A DNA stretch of 64,000 nucleotides from Candidatus Poriferisocius sp. (GTDB lineage Bacteria > Actinomycetota > Acidimicrobiia > Acidimicrobiales > Bin134): the NCBI RefSeq assembly GCF_965202595.1, contig NZ_OZ241836.1, positions 215,095 to 279,094 of the forward strand, written 5' to 3'. Below are positions 26,462-35,745 of the stretch, piece by piece. The notes under the pieces were generated by a model. It saw nothing but the letters and a program-made list of their open reading frames with translations, did not search any database and was not told the origin of the DNA. Within the stretch, counting starts at the first letter, position 1. Every line of letters starts with the position of its first letter. A program made the position numbers and the translations under genes.

Positions 26462-26952
26462 TGGCCGACGGCGATACCAACCCCCCCGAACCGGGGGTCA
26501 GTGAGCAGGAGTACGAGAAGTTCGACACGCTGTGGACGACGATTGCCAACGCCAACCCCCCCATGCCGGAGTTCCGGGACGACTACGTGCTGGTTGAGGT
26601 GGACAACGAGTACCTCCAGAGCCAGGTGAAGCCCAAGCAGTTCATCCACATCGATCAGTCCGAATGCATCATGTGCGAGGGTTGTGTGGACATCTGCCCG
26701 TGGAAGTGCATTCACATGGTGACCCCGGATGCGGTGGACATGGCGGTGGGGGCCGAGCAGCCCGGTGTGGACCCCAGCGACCATGTGATCTTCACCATCG
26801 ACGAGGATGCCTGTACCCGCTGCGCCCTGTGTGTGGATCGGTGCCCCACCGGTGTGATTACCCTGGGCCGGCTGGGCGATCCGGGGGGAGACGGCGACCC
26901 CCACCAGCGTATGACCAGCTACGGCTACGGCTACGGGATGAGATTGGCCTAG
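26461..26952 (+). CDS. 2x[4Fe-4S] dicluster ferredoxin-domain protein
   Basis: CIMCEGCVDICP and CTRCALCVDRCP motifs. The ATG is internal to the long track ORF 25960..26952. Confidence 0.8.
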   Translation: MADGDTNPPEPGVSEQEYEKFDTLWTTIANANPPMPEFRDDYVLVEVDNEYLQSQVKPKQFIHIDQSECIMCEGCVDICPWKCIHMVTPDAVDMAVGAEQPGVDPSDHVIFTIDEDACTRCALCVDRCPTGVITLGRLGDPGGDGDPHQRMTSYGYGYGMRLA

Positions 26953-26992
26953 AACTAGGCCCGGACGAACGCAACAGGACACGGGGAGAAAC

Positions 26993-27778
26993 GTGGCAAA
27001 ACAGCCCAGACCACCGGCGAGCGAGCGGGCCAAGCAGGCCGTCAGCGGCATGCTGAGCGATGTTCAGGGGTCGCAGGCCTGGTCGTCCATATTCCGTCCG
27101 GGTTCCATCTTCAGGAAGGGCTACAGCGACAGCCCCCGGAACCGCAGCTACGTCATCATGAACAGCGTGCTCTACCACCTTCATCCGGTGAAGGTGAAGC
27201 GTCACGCGGTGAAGGTCAGCTACACCTTGTGCCTGGGCGGCCTCAGCTTCTTCCTGTTCATCCTGCTCACGGTGACCGGTATCTTCTTGATGTTCTTCTA
27301 CCGGCCCACCGCCGCCCAGGCCTGGGACGACATCTACAACCTCCAGACCTCGGTCACCTTCGGGCTTCTGGTGCGGAACATGCACCGGTGGGCCGCGCAC
27401 CTCATGGTGATAACCGTGTTTTTGCACATGGCCCGGGTTTTCTACCACGGGGCCTACAAGCCGCCCCGGGAGTTCAACTGGGTCATAGGGGTCATCCTTT
27501 TGACCCTCACCCTGCTGCTGTCGTTCACCGGCTACCTGCTTCCCTGGGACCAGTTGGCCCTGTGGGCGGTGACGGTGGGAACCAACATGATGGGCTTCAC
27601 CCCGGTATTCGGCGATCAAGTGCGCTTCGTGCTGCTCGGCGGGGTGGAGATCGGCACTGACACCTTGCTGCGATGGTATGTGTTGCACGTGCTGATGTTG
27701 CCCTTCGTGATCGTCATTTTCATGGCTATCCACTTCTGGCGAGTTAGAAAGGACGGAGGTATTTCCGGGCCCCTCTAA
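26993..27778 (+). CDS. Cytochrome b, N-terminal (b6-like) subunit
   Basis: 261 aa, four TM helices, with conserved His pairs (NMHRWAAHLMV, and LRWYVLHVL...AIHFWRVRKDG). Confidence 0.85.
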   Translation: MAKQPRPPASERAKQAVSGMLSDVQGSQAWSSIFRPGSIFRKGYSDSPRNRSYVIMNSVLYHLHPVKVKRHAVKVSYTLCLGGLSFFLFILLTVTGIFLMFFYRPTAAQAWDDIYNLQTSVTFGLLVRNMHRWAAHLMVITVFLHMARVFYHGAYKPPREFNWVIGVILLTLTLLLSFTGYLLPWDQLALWAVTVGTNMMGFTPVFGDQVRFVLLGGVEIGTDTLLRWYVLHVLMLPFVIVIFMAIHFWRVRKDGGISGPL

Positions 27779-27784
27779 GGAGCG

Positions 27785-28621
27785 ATGCCACCACGCCGCT
27801 CCGGCCCCACCCCAAAGCCCATGGCCGAAGTTCCCGAACATCTCCTGAAGCGGGCCCAGCAGGCTCGCGAGCGCGCCGAGGCCCAGCAGGGCAGTGCCGG
27901 TTCCGACGCGCCCGGTTCCGACGCGCCCGGTTCTGCCGATGCCCCGTCCGGGGAATCCTCGGGTGGTCCCCGGATTCCCGATCACCTGCTGGACCGGTCC
28001 CGGTCGGCTCGCGAGCAGGCCGCCTCCGGGGGGTCCGGGGGGTTGGCCCCCGCACCGGCCACCGGTGCCGCCACCGCAGTGGCCGCCGCCCCGGCGGTGG
28101 CTCAGCCGGCGGCCACCGGACCGGGAGGCGGTACCCAGCGGTTGCTCACCGTGGTCAAGTCGGGCTCGATCCAAGATGTCAAGGCCATGCCCGCCGACAA
28201 GGTCCATGTCTGGCCCCACCTGCTGGTGGTGGAGTTCGTGGCTGCGCTGGTCTTCACCGCCTTCACCTTGATCTTCTCGATCTTCGTGAACGCCCCGCTG
28301 CTGGAGCTGGCCAACTTCAACGAGACCCCCAACCCGTCCAAGGCCCCCTGGTACTTCCTCGGCCTTCAGGAGCTGCTCACCATGTTCCACCCGATGGTGG
28401 CCGGGGTGACCATTCCCGGAATCGGGTTGTTCCTGCTGATTTTGGCCCCCTACATCGACCGCAATCCCAGCAAGCGACCCGAGGATCGCAAGTTCGCCAT
28501 CTCGATCATGACCATTCACCTGATGTTCTGGGCCACGCTGGTTCTCATCGGCTCGTTCTTCCGGGGCCCCGGCTTCAACTTCGTCTTCCCGTGGGAAGCC
28601 GGTCTCTTCTTCGATCTCTAG
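27785..28621 (+). CDS. Cytochrome b C-terminal domain / subunit-IV-like protein with a long low-complexity N-terminus
   Basis: PNPSKAPWYFLGLQELL corresponds to the PEWYFL motif of the cytochrome b C-terminal half/PetD. The N-terminus carries two [VI]P[ED]HLL.R motifs. Confidence 0.7.
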   Translation: MPPRRSGPTPKPMAEVPEHLLKRAQQARERAEAQQGSAGSDAPGSDAPGSADAPSGESSGGPRIPDHLLDRSRSAREQAASGGSGGLAPAPATGAATAVAAAPAVAQPAATGPGGGTQRLLTVVKSGSIQDVKAMPADKVHVWPHLLVVEFVAALVFTAFTLIFSIFVNAPLLELANFNETPNPSKAPWYFLGLQELLTMFHPMVAGVTIPGIGLFLLILAPYIDRNPSKRPEDRKFAISIMTIHLMFWATLVLIGSFFRGPGFNFVFPWEAGLFFDL

Positions 28622-28624
28622 GAA

Positions 28625-29497
28625 TTGCCCGTGGGTATTGCACTCTCCATCGCCATACCGATCATCGTGGTGGCCGCCGCGATCATGCTGGTGGCCGCGG
28701 CCCGCCGCCGGGAGACCATGGCCGCCGAGGGGCACCTGAACCGGGAGACCCGCCGCCGGGATCGCGGCCGGGTGGCCGTCGACGGCGAACCCGTTGCCGG
28801 CCCCACCGGCCGGGAGGTGGAGAGGGCCGCGGTGGTGGCTCGCCAATCCGCCGGCACCGAGGTGGTGGAGGCGGTGGATGCGTCGGTCGAGGAGTGGACC
28901 CCGCCCCATCCCGAGATGGTCGGGGTGAGCCGCCGCCAGTTCCTGAATCGCAGCACGGTGGCCATGATGGGTTTTGGCCTCAGTGGTTTCGGTGCCGCTT
29001 GCATAGCCTTCTTGTGGCCGCCGTTCGTCACCGGTTTCGGTGCCGACGTGAACGTGGGCCTGGTGGACGATGTGAAGTCCCGCATCAAGGATGAGAACGG
29101 TTTCCTTTATATTCCCGAGGGTCGCGCCTGGGTGACGGAGTACCCGCAAGCCGCCTTGCAGAAGGCGCAGAACGTGTACAGCGCTCCGGAGTTGGCGGGG
29201 ATCGAGTCCGGGCTGATTGCCTTGTTCCAGAAGTGCCCCCATCTGGGGTGCCGGGTGCCGTCGTGTTTGACCTCGCAGTGGTTCGAGTGCCCGTGCCACG
29301 GATCCCGCTACAACCAGGTGGGCGAGAAGCGGGGTGGGCCCGCTCCCCGGGGCATGGACAGGTTCGCCATGTCGGTCAACTCCAAGGGGGAGTTCATCAT
29401 CCGCACCGGCACCATTATCCAGGGGCCCCCCATCGGGGTGAACACCACCGGCCAGGAGCCCGAGGGGCCGAGCTGTCTTGGGGGAGCATCGCACTGA
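28625..29497 (+). CDS. Rieske [2Fe-2S] subunit
   Basis: CPHLGC and CPCHGS boxes. Confidence 0.85.
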   Translation: MPVGIALSIAIPIIVVAAAIMLVAAARRRETMAAEGHLNRETRRRDRGRVAVDGEPVAGPTGREVERAAVVARQSAGTEVVEAVDASVEEWTPPHPEMVGVSRRQFLNRSTVAMMGFGLSGFGAACIAFLWPPFVTGFGADVNVGLVDDVKSRIKDENGFLYIPEGRAWVTEYPQAALQKAQNVYSAPELAGIESGLIALFQKCPHLGCRVPSCLTSQWFECPCHGSRYNQVGEKRGGPAPRGMDRFAMSVNSKGEFIIRTGTIIQGPPIGVNTTGQEPEGPSCLGGASH

Positions 29498-29573
29498 TGT
29501 TCGAGTATCCCCGCCGATTCGATGCTCCAACCTGGTGGGGGCCGAGCTGTCTTGGGGGAGCATCGCACTGATG
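29466..29573 (+). repeat. 74-bp duplication of the Rieske-stop / cytochrome-c-start junction, encoding one 24-codon bridging mini-ORF
   Basis: ggccgagctgtcttgggggagcatcgcactgatg at 29466 and 29540. Mini-ORF 29497-29571 (MFEYPRRFDAPTWWGPSCLGGASH*). TGATG overlaps at both ends. Confidence 0.9.
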
Positions 29574-30917
29574 CCCCTGCTTGCCGCTTCTACCCAGCGC
29601 AATCTGGGCATGGCCATCGCGGTTGTCGCCATTGTTGGCTTTGCCATCTACCTCATCTACAACGTGTTGTGGGCGGGTCGGGAGGAGAGGGGATCGGAGC
29701 TGGAGCTGGCCCCCAACCGCAAGCCCTACATGAACGATCAGGAGCTGGAGACCAGAAGGTTGGACCTGGCCCTGGCCGGGGGGCTGGCAACCCTGGTCAT
29801 CATCGGCGTGGCCCTGCCCCTGTACTGGTTGGGGGAGCCGGGCCGCCAGCAGGGCTACGTGGAGGACTCCCGGAGGCAGTTCACCAGCCGGGGGGGCGAG
29901 ATGTTCGAGGAGCAATGCTCGGACTGTCACGGCGGCGGCGGTTTGGGTGGCTCCACCGCCACGACGATCGTGGACGACAGCGGCAATTTCGTGACCCCGG
30001 TCCAGTGGGAGGTTCCCGCGCTCACCACCACGCTGTACCGCTTCTCCGAGGACGAGGTGCGTCACATCCTCAATTACGGCCGCCCCCCCACCCCCATGCA
30101 AGCGTGGGGGGCACCCGGCGGAGGTCCTTTGACCACCCAGCAGGTTGACGAGCTCATCCAGTACATTCAGAGCATCCAGCTCTCCCCCGAGGAGGTGGAG
30201 CAAGAAGTGCTGGACGGCCTCATCCTTCAAGTTCGCGGGGACGTGTTGGAGGCCAACCCCGAGCTGGGGGCGCGATTGGCCGAGGCCAACGATGCGGTGA
30301 GGCAGGCGGGGGCCGACGAGGCCGCGGCCGAGGCTGCCGCCCGCAACCTGGCCGCGGTCGAGCAGGAGATTCGCGAGACCAGCGAGCAGTACATACGTGA
30401 TCTGCCCGGGGTGGATGGGGCATCGGCGGCCCGGGGGGAGCTGCTGTTCAACAACGGGGTTTACGGCTGCGCCCGCTGCCACACCCCGAGGGACTCGTGG
30501 CGGTTCACCGTACCCGAGGAAGCGCCCGGGGAGGATCCGAAGACCTACGAACAGGGTTCCCCCGAGGAGGCCGAGGTCGTCGCCCGGTTGGGGTCGCTGA
30601 TCCCCGAGCGGGAACCCGGCGGGGGTGCGTTCGGCCCCAACCTCACCAACGGGTCCACCAAGCGCCAGTTCGACACCGCCGGTGACCATGCCGGCTTCGT
30701 CGCCGAGGGTTCCCAGGAGGGGAAGGCTTTCGGCAACTTCGGCCAGGGCGACGGTGGGGGTCAGATGCCGGCCTTTGGTGTTTGCGTGGGTGACCGGGAC
30801 TCGGGTGAGCGCAGCCCGATCCACGGTTTCTGCACCTTGACCGACGGCAGTCCCCGACCCGGGATGTTGACCCCCGAACAAATCGACGACATCGTGGCTT
30901 ACGAGCGGGGGTTGTAG
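29571..30917 (+). CDS. Membrane-anchored diheme cytochrome c
   Basis: Two heme motifs (CSDCH, CARCH) and an N-terminal TM helix. The start is set at ATG 29571 (MPLLAAST...), within track ORF 29478..30917. Confidence 0.8.
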   Translation: MPLLAASTQRNLGMAIAVVAIVGFAIYLIYNVLWAGREERGSELELAPNRKPYMNDQELETRRLDLALAGGLATLVIIGVALPLYWLGEPGRQQGYVEDSRRQFTSRGGEMFEEQCSDCHGGGGLGGSTATTIVDDSGNFVTPVQWEVPALTTTLYRFSEDEVRHILNYGRPPTPMQAWGAPGGGPLTTQQVDELIQYIQSIQLSPEEVEQEVLDGLILQVRGDVLEANPELGARLAEANDAVRQAGADEAAAEAAARNLAAVEQEIRETSEQYIRDLPGVDGASAARGELLFNNGVYGCARCHTPRDSWRFTVPEEAPGEDPKTYEQGSPEEAEVVARLGSLIPEREPGGGAFGPNLTNGSTKRQFDTAGDHAGFVAEGSQEGKAFGNFGQGDGGGQMPAFGVCVGDRDSGERSPIHGFCTLTDGSPRPGMLTPEQIDDIVAYERGL

Positions 30918-30994
30918 GCAAGCATGGGAGAATTGTTCAGCTTCATTCCGGCCCCGTACCTGGCTTACGAGTGGGGGTTGTAGGCAAGCATGGG
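30896..30994 (+). repeat. 66-bp duplication of the cytochrome-c-stop / next-gene-start junction with a 19-codon mini-ORF
   Basis: ggcttacgag.gggggttgtaggcaagcatggg at 30896 and 30962. Mini-ORF 30924-30983 (MGELFSFIPAPYLAYEWGL*). The 6-nt stop-to-ATG spacing is preserved in both copies. Confidence 0.85.
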
Positions 30995-32126
30995 CTCGGT
31001 TATTTCCTTGCTGGTTGCACCCGCAGCCATCTCGTTCGACAACGAGGTGCGCGGCCTGCTGGTGGTGTTGCTGGGCTCGGCCATCCTCATGGGATCGGTG
31101 TGGCTCATCGTGTCCACCAACACCGGCTTTCGCCTGGGGTCCCTCATCGCCATATCGGCCATATTCGGGTGGACGGCCATCATGTCGTTGATCTGGGCCC
31201 TCTACGGCATCGGCCTCCAGGGAGCCCGCCCCACCTGGGAGGTCCAGGCCATCCATATCGGCAACCCATCGGTGACGGCCAATGAGGCCAACCCCCCTCC
31301 CGGGATTCTGGATGACCTGCCCAACCCGGTGACCTGCGACCGGCTCGGCGATCAGGACTGCCTGCCCCGGGCCATCGAAATCGTCAGGACCCTGGGTAGC
31401 AGCGAGGTGCGGGCCGAGTTGGACTCCATTGATGGTGAGACCATCAGGGCCGAGGTCTCCGCATTCCACGCCGCTCTGGCCGGCAACGACTCCCGCAAGC
31501 TCACCGGGGCCGAACTCGAGGCCGACATCGAGCGCCTGATCGACCAGCAGCGCATCCGCAACGAGGATCTGACCCTGAGCGAGTTGAAGGGCATCGCTCC
31601 CGGGTTGATCGACGAGGCCCAGAGCCGAGGCTGGCTGGAGCTGGGCGACTGGAATCTGGAGGCCACCCAGGCCGCCGGGGAGGCCATAACCGAGGCCGGC
31701 GACTACCTGACCCAGGCCGATCTGGGATTCGGGCCCACCGATGACCAGAGCAACAGCTTCGTGGTGCTGGATGCCTTCCAGCAGGGTGGCAAACCTCCAC
31801 GGCTGAGCGATGGGGTTTGGGAGCGGGTCAGCAACAAGGTGATCACCAGCGCCATGCCCCGCCATCCCACCAACTACACGGTGGTGCAGGTGCAGCGGTC
31901 GCTGTACAAGCCGACCGTGGCTGGCCAGGCCCCTCCCCCCGTCGAGGTGGATACCGGCGAGCCGGTCATCTCGGTGCTTTTACGCCGCAACCTGGGCCGT
32001 TTCCGCCTACCCGGCATTTTGGTGGCCATAGGTTCCGGGTTGCTGTTTTTGGCATCCCTGCTGATGCTCCACACCCGCGACCTGGAGGTTCGCCGCCGCT
32101 TGGAGGGCGGGAGCGCGGCCCCGTGA
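30990..32126 (+). CDS. Membrane protein of unknown function (last gene before nuoA)
   Basis: 378-aa ORF with N-terminal TM helices, a large soluble domain and a C-terminal TM helix. Confidence 0.5.
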   Translation: MGSVISLLVAPAAISFDNEVRGLLVVLLGSAILMGSVWLIVSTNTGFRLGSLIAISAIFGWTAIMSLIWALYGIGLQGARPTWEVQAIHIGNPSVTANEANPPPGILDDLPNPVTCDRLGDQDCLPRAIEIVRTLGSSEVRAELDSIDGETIRAEVSAFHAALAGNDSRKLTGAELEADIERLIDQQRIRNEDLTLSELKGIAPGLIDEAQSRGWLELGDWNLEATQAAGEAITEAGDYLTQADLGFGPTDDQSNSFVVLDAFQQGGKPPRLSDGVWERVSNKVITSAMPRHPTNYTVVQVQRSLYKPTVAGQAPPPVEVDTGEPVISVLLRRNLGRFRLPGILVAIGSGLLFLASLLMLHTRDLEVRRRLEGGSAAP

Positions 32127-32146
32127 TCGACCGGGGGTAGATCGCG

Positions 32147-32680
32147 ATGACCGGCCAGTACCTGCCGATCCTCGCCCTCGGGGTGCTGGCCGTGTTGTTT
32201 GCCGCCCTCAGCTTCGGTGCATCCCGCCTGCTGGCTCCCCGGCGGCAGACCCGGGCCAAGCTGGCTCCCTACGAGTGCGGGGTCGCCGAGAGCGGTGATG
32301 TCCCGGAGCGGTTCGGGGTGCGGTTCTTTCTCATCGCCATGATCTTCATAGTCTTCGACATCGAGATCATCTTCTTGTACCCCTGGGCGGTGTCCTACCG
32401 GGGGTTGGGTCTGTTCGGCCTGGTGGCCATGGGGGTGTTCGCCCTGGTGGTGTTCGAGTCCTTCGTCTATCTCATAGGCAACGGGGCTCTGGACTGGGGG
32501 CCGGCGCGGTCCTCGTGGCGGCGCGACCCCCGGGTGTTGGCCCACCGCACCAGCGACACCACCATCCGCCGGGTTGGTTTGGACGGTCGCGGTTCTGCGG
32601 GTGGGGTTGGTTTGGATGGTCGCGGTTCTGCGGGTGGGGTTGGTTTGGATGGTCGCGGTTCTGCGGGGGAGGCGGCGTGA
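32147..32680 (+). CDS. nuoA: NADH-quinone oxidoreductase subunit A with a repeat-expanded C-terminal tail
   Basis: PYECG, and [21 protein letters not shown]. The tail carries [11 protein letters not shown] x3. Confidence 0.9.
   Translation: MTGQYLPILALGVLAVLFAALSFGASRLLAPRRQTRAKLAPYECGVAESGDVPERFGVRFFLIAMIFIVFDIEIIFLYPWAVSYRGLGLFGLVAMGVFALVVFESFVYLIGNGALDWGPARSSWRRDPRVLAHRTSDTTIRRVGLDGRGSAGGVGLDGRGSAGGVGLDGRGSAGEAA
32571..32669 (+). repeat. In-frame 33-bp tandem repeat x3 at the nuoA 3' end
   Basis: gggttggtttgga[c/t]ggtcgcggttctgcgggtg at 32571, 32604 and 32637. Confidence 0.9.
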
Positions 32681-33297
32681 AGTTGCCGCTTCTGGGCGAT
32701 TCCGAGGCCATCGCCGGCCGGGGCCTGGAGGGATTGGACCACAATTTTTTGACCGGCAGGATCGAGGATCTGGTCAAGTGGTCCCGGGCCCGAAGCTGCT
32801 GGCCCGCCACCTTCGGCTTGGCTTGCTGCGCCATAGAGATGATGGCCACCGGTGGGGCCCACTACGACCTGGCCCGTTACGGCATGGAGGTGTTCAGAGC
32901 CTCTCCCCGCCAGGCCGATCTGATGATCGTGGCCGGCCGCGTCTCGCAGAAGATGGCTCCCATACTGCGCCGCATATACGACCAGATGATGGAGCCCAAG
33001 TGGGTGATCTCCATGGGGGTATGCGCTTCCAGCGGCGGCATGTTCAACAACTACGCCATCGTGCAGGGGGTGGATCAGATCGTGCCGGTGGATGTGTACG
33101 CCCCCGGCTGCCCGCCCGGCCCGGAGACGCTCATGCACGCCATCTTGACCCTCCACGACAAGATCCTCAGCGGGGAGATCACCCGCCGCCGGGATCAAAC
33201 CGGGGCTGGGGCCAACCTGACGGTGAGCGAGAGCGGGGGGCCCGGTACCACGGGGGGTGCCAAAGGTAGTACCACGGGTGTGGTTATTCGCGCATGA
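32677..33297 (+). CDS. nuoB: NADH-quinone oxidoreductase subunit B
   Basis: [20 protein letters not shown] and GCPPGPE motifs. GTG start overlaps the nuoA stop (GTGA). Confidence 0.9.
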   Translation: MKLPLLGDSEAIAGRGLEGLDHNFLTGRIEDLVKWSRARSCWPATFGLACCAIEMMATGGAHYDLARYGMEVFRASPRQADLMIVAGRVSQKMAPILRRIYDQMMEPKWVISMGVCASSGGMFNNYAIVQGVDQIVPVDVYAPGCPPGPETLMHAILTLHDKILSGEITRRRDQTGAGANLTVSESGGPGTTGGAKGSTTGVVIRA

Positions 33298-33728
33298 GCG
33301 ATTCGGTGCTGCATGTGCCTCGTGAGCAGCTCATCGAAACGGTGAGCCGCTTGCGGGATGGTGGCTACGTGATGGTTTTGGACGTGACCGCGGTGGACTA
33401 CCTTCAGCATCCGGGCCGCGACGACCTGCCCCCCGAGGTGACCGCCGAGCGGTTCGAGGTGGTGGTCACCCTCATCTCCCACGCCGAGTTGGCCCGGATC
33501 AGGCTGCGGGTGCAGGTGCCCGCCGAGGATCCCACCGTGCCCACCCTGTTCGACCTCTTTCCCGGTACCGAGGCCCTGGAGCGGGAGGTGGCCGACATGT
33601 TCGGCATAGTTTTCGAGGGCCATCCCGATCCCACCCGCATCCTTATGCCCCCCGACTGGGACGGTCACCCGCTGCGCAAGGACTTCTCGGTCGGTCGCAT
33701 ACCGGTTCAGTTCAAGGCAACCCGATGA
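33294..33728 (+). CDS. nuoC: NADH-quinone oxidoreductase subunit C
   Basis: [17 protein letters not shown] and HPLRKDF motifs. ATGA overlap with nuoB. Confidence 0.9.
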   Translation: MSDSVLHVPREQLIETVSRLRDGGYVMVLDVTAVDYLQHPGRDDLPPEVTAERFEVVVTLISHAELARIRLRVQVPAEDPTVPTLFDLFPGTEALEREVADMFGIVFEGHPDPTRILMPPDWDGHPLRKDFSVGRIPVQFKATR

Positions 33729-35104
33729 GCGCCAGCGCTCCCGGTGCTGTGGTTGATGCCGGTGCTGCCGGTGCCGGTGCTGTGATTGATGCCGGTGCTG
33801 CCGCCCCTGGCACCGTGGTTGATGCCGGTGCTGCCGGTGCCGCGGACACGGCCGAAGCCGTTTGCCGGCGGGAGGGTAGCGCGGTGCTCAGGATCGGTGA
33901 GGACGACGGTGAGCGTTTGGAGGCCGAGGCCGGCACCAGCGCCACCAGCATGGTCATGAACATGGGGCCCCAGCATCCCAGTACCCACGGTGTGCTGCGG
34001 CTCATGCTGGAGATGGATGGGGAGACCGTGATGCGGTCCAAGCCGGTCATCGGCTACCTCCACACCGGTATGGAGAAGACCGCCGAAACCCTCACCTACC
34101 TCCAGGGCCCCACCAACGTCACCCGCATGGATTACGCCTCGCCGCTGTTCAGCGAGCTGGCCTTCTCGATGGCCACCGAGGCGTTGCTGGGCCTGGAACT
34201 GCCCCCCCGAGCCGTATGGATCAGGATGCTCATGTGCGAGTTGAACCGCATCAGCTCGCACCTGCTGTTCCAGGCCACCAACGGCATGGACATCGGGGCG
34301 GTGTCGATGATGCTGTACGGCTGGCGGGAGCGGGAGGAGGTTCTCCGGCTGCTGGAGAAGATCACCGGGCTGCGGATGAACCACAACTACATCCGGCCCG
34401 GCGGGGTGGCTGCTGACCTTCCCGATGGCTGGCGGGACGGCGTGCTTTCCCTGATCGACACCCTGCCCGCCCGGCTCGACGAGTTCGACACCCTGCTCAC
34501 CGGCCAGCCCATCTACCGGCAAAGGTTGCAGGGCGTGGGGGTGATCAACCCCGCCGAGTGCCTGGCCCTGGGGGTGACCGGGCCCATCCTGCGCTCCACC
34601 GGCTACGCCTGGGACCTGCGGCGCGACATGCCCTATCTGGCCTATGACCAGGTGGATTTCGACGTGGTGGTGGGCACCTACGGGGACTGCTTCGACCGCT
34701 ACGCCATCCGGTTGAACGAGATAAGGGAATCGATTCGCATAGTGGCTCAGATCCTCGACCGGATGCCCGCCGGTGACTACCGGGTACAGGACAAGAAGGT
34801 CACCCCGCCGCCCCGGGCCCGTATTGATGAGTCGATGGAGGCCCTCATCCACCACTTCAAGATCTTCACCGAGGGGTTCAAGGTGCCGGCCGGTGAGGTG
34901 TATGCCGCCGTGGAATCCCCCCGGGGCGAGCTGGGCTGTTACATGGTGTCCGATGGCTCGGCGGTGCCCTACCGCATGCACATCCGCGGCCCCAGCTTCG
35001 TGAACCTGCAAACCCTGCCTCACCTGATGCGGGGGGGCCTGGTGGCCGACGCGGTGGCCATCATCTCCTCGGTGGATCCCATTATGGGAGAGGTGGACCG
35101 GTAG
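33725..35104 (+). CDS. nuoD: NADH-quinone oxidoreductase subunit D with a repeat-expanded N-terminus
   Basis: MNMGPQHPSTHGVLRL, and ESPRGELG near the C-terminus. Confidence 0.95.
   Translation: MSASAPGAVVDAGAAGAGAVIDAGAAAPGTVVDAGAAGAADTAEAVCRREGSAVLRIGEDDGERLEAEAGTSATSMVMNMGPQHPSTHGVLRLMLEMDGETVMRSKPVIGYLHTGMEKTAETLTYLQGPTNVTRMDYASPLFSELAFSMATEALLGLELPPRAVWIRMLMCELNRISSHLLFQATNGMDIGAVSMMLYGWREREEVLRLLEKITGLRMNHNYIRPGGVAADLPDGWRDGVLSLIDTLPARLDEFDTLLTGQPIYRQRLQGVGVINPAECLALGVTGPILRSTGYAWDLRRDMPYLAYDQVDFDVVVGTYGDCFDRYAIRLNEIRESIRIVAQILDRMPAGDYRVQDKKVTPPPRARIDESMEALIHHFKIFTEGFKVPAGEVYAAVESPRGELGCYMVSDGSAVPYRMHIRGPSFVNLQTLPHLMRGGLVADAVAIISSVDPIMGEVDR
33743..33841 (+). repeat. In-frame 33-bp tandem repeat x3 at the nuoD 5' end
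   Basis: ggtgctgtggttgatgccggtgctgccggtgcc at 33743, with copies at 33776 and 33809. Protein: GAVVDAGAAGA GAVIDAGAAAP GTVVDAGAAGA. Confidence 0.85.
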
Positions 35105-35106
35105 CC

Positions 35107-35745
35107 ATGGCCCGCCTGAACGCGGCCAACCTGCCGGTGGCCCGGGAGATAATCAGCCGGTACCCGGTTGCCCGGTCGGCGCTCATCCCACTTCTTCACC
35201 TGGCCCAGGAGCAGGACGGCTACGTCACCGAGGAGGCCATGGTCCACATTGCCGAGTTGGTGGGGGTCACCCCGGCCGAGGTCATGGGCACGGGCAGCTT
35301 TTACGAGATGCTCAAGCGGGCTCCGGTGGGTGATTACGTGGTCAACATATGTCACGGCATCTCCTGCCACCTGCTCGGCGCGGCCGATCTGATCCATCAC
35401 GCCGAGGCCACCCTGGGGGTGAAGCCCGGCGGGACCACCGGCGACGGCAGGATCACCCTGGAAGCGGTTGAGTGCATCGCCGCCTGCACCGAGGCCCCCT
35501 GCTTGCAGGTGAACTACCGGTACCGCAACCGGGTCACCCCCGAAGCCTTCGACCGGTTGGTGGCCGAACTGCGGGCCGGTACCTCCGGGGTTGCCCCCCA
35601 TGGCAAGCTGGCCAATGTCCGCCAGCACGTGAGCAATGACCGCCGGGCCGGGGTGTCACCCCCCGATGGCCAGGGCGAGCCCGCCTGGATGGCCCGCAAC
35701 CCCTCCGACAATGTGGATGGTTCCAACAACGGGGGTGTTTCGTGA
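35107..35745 (+). CDS. nuoE: NADH-quinone oxidoreductase subunit E
   Basis: [2Fe-2S] thioredoxin-like pattern (ICHGISCHL ... CIAACTEAP). Confidence 0.9.
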   Translation: MARLNAANLPVAREIISRYPVARSALIPLLHLAQEQDGYVTEEAMVHIAELVGVTPAEVMGTGSFYEMLKRAPVGDYVVNICHGISCHLLGAADLIHHAEATLGVKPGGTTGDGRITLEAVECIAACTEAPCLQVNYRYRNRVTPEAFDRLVAELRAGTSGVAPHGKLANVRQHVSNDRRAGVSPPDGQGEPAWMARNPSDNVDGSNNGGVS

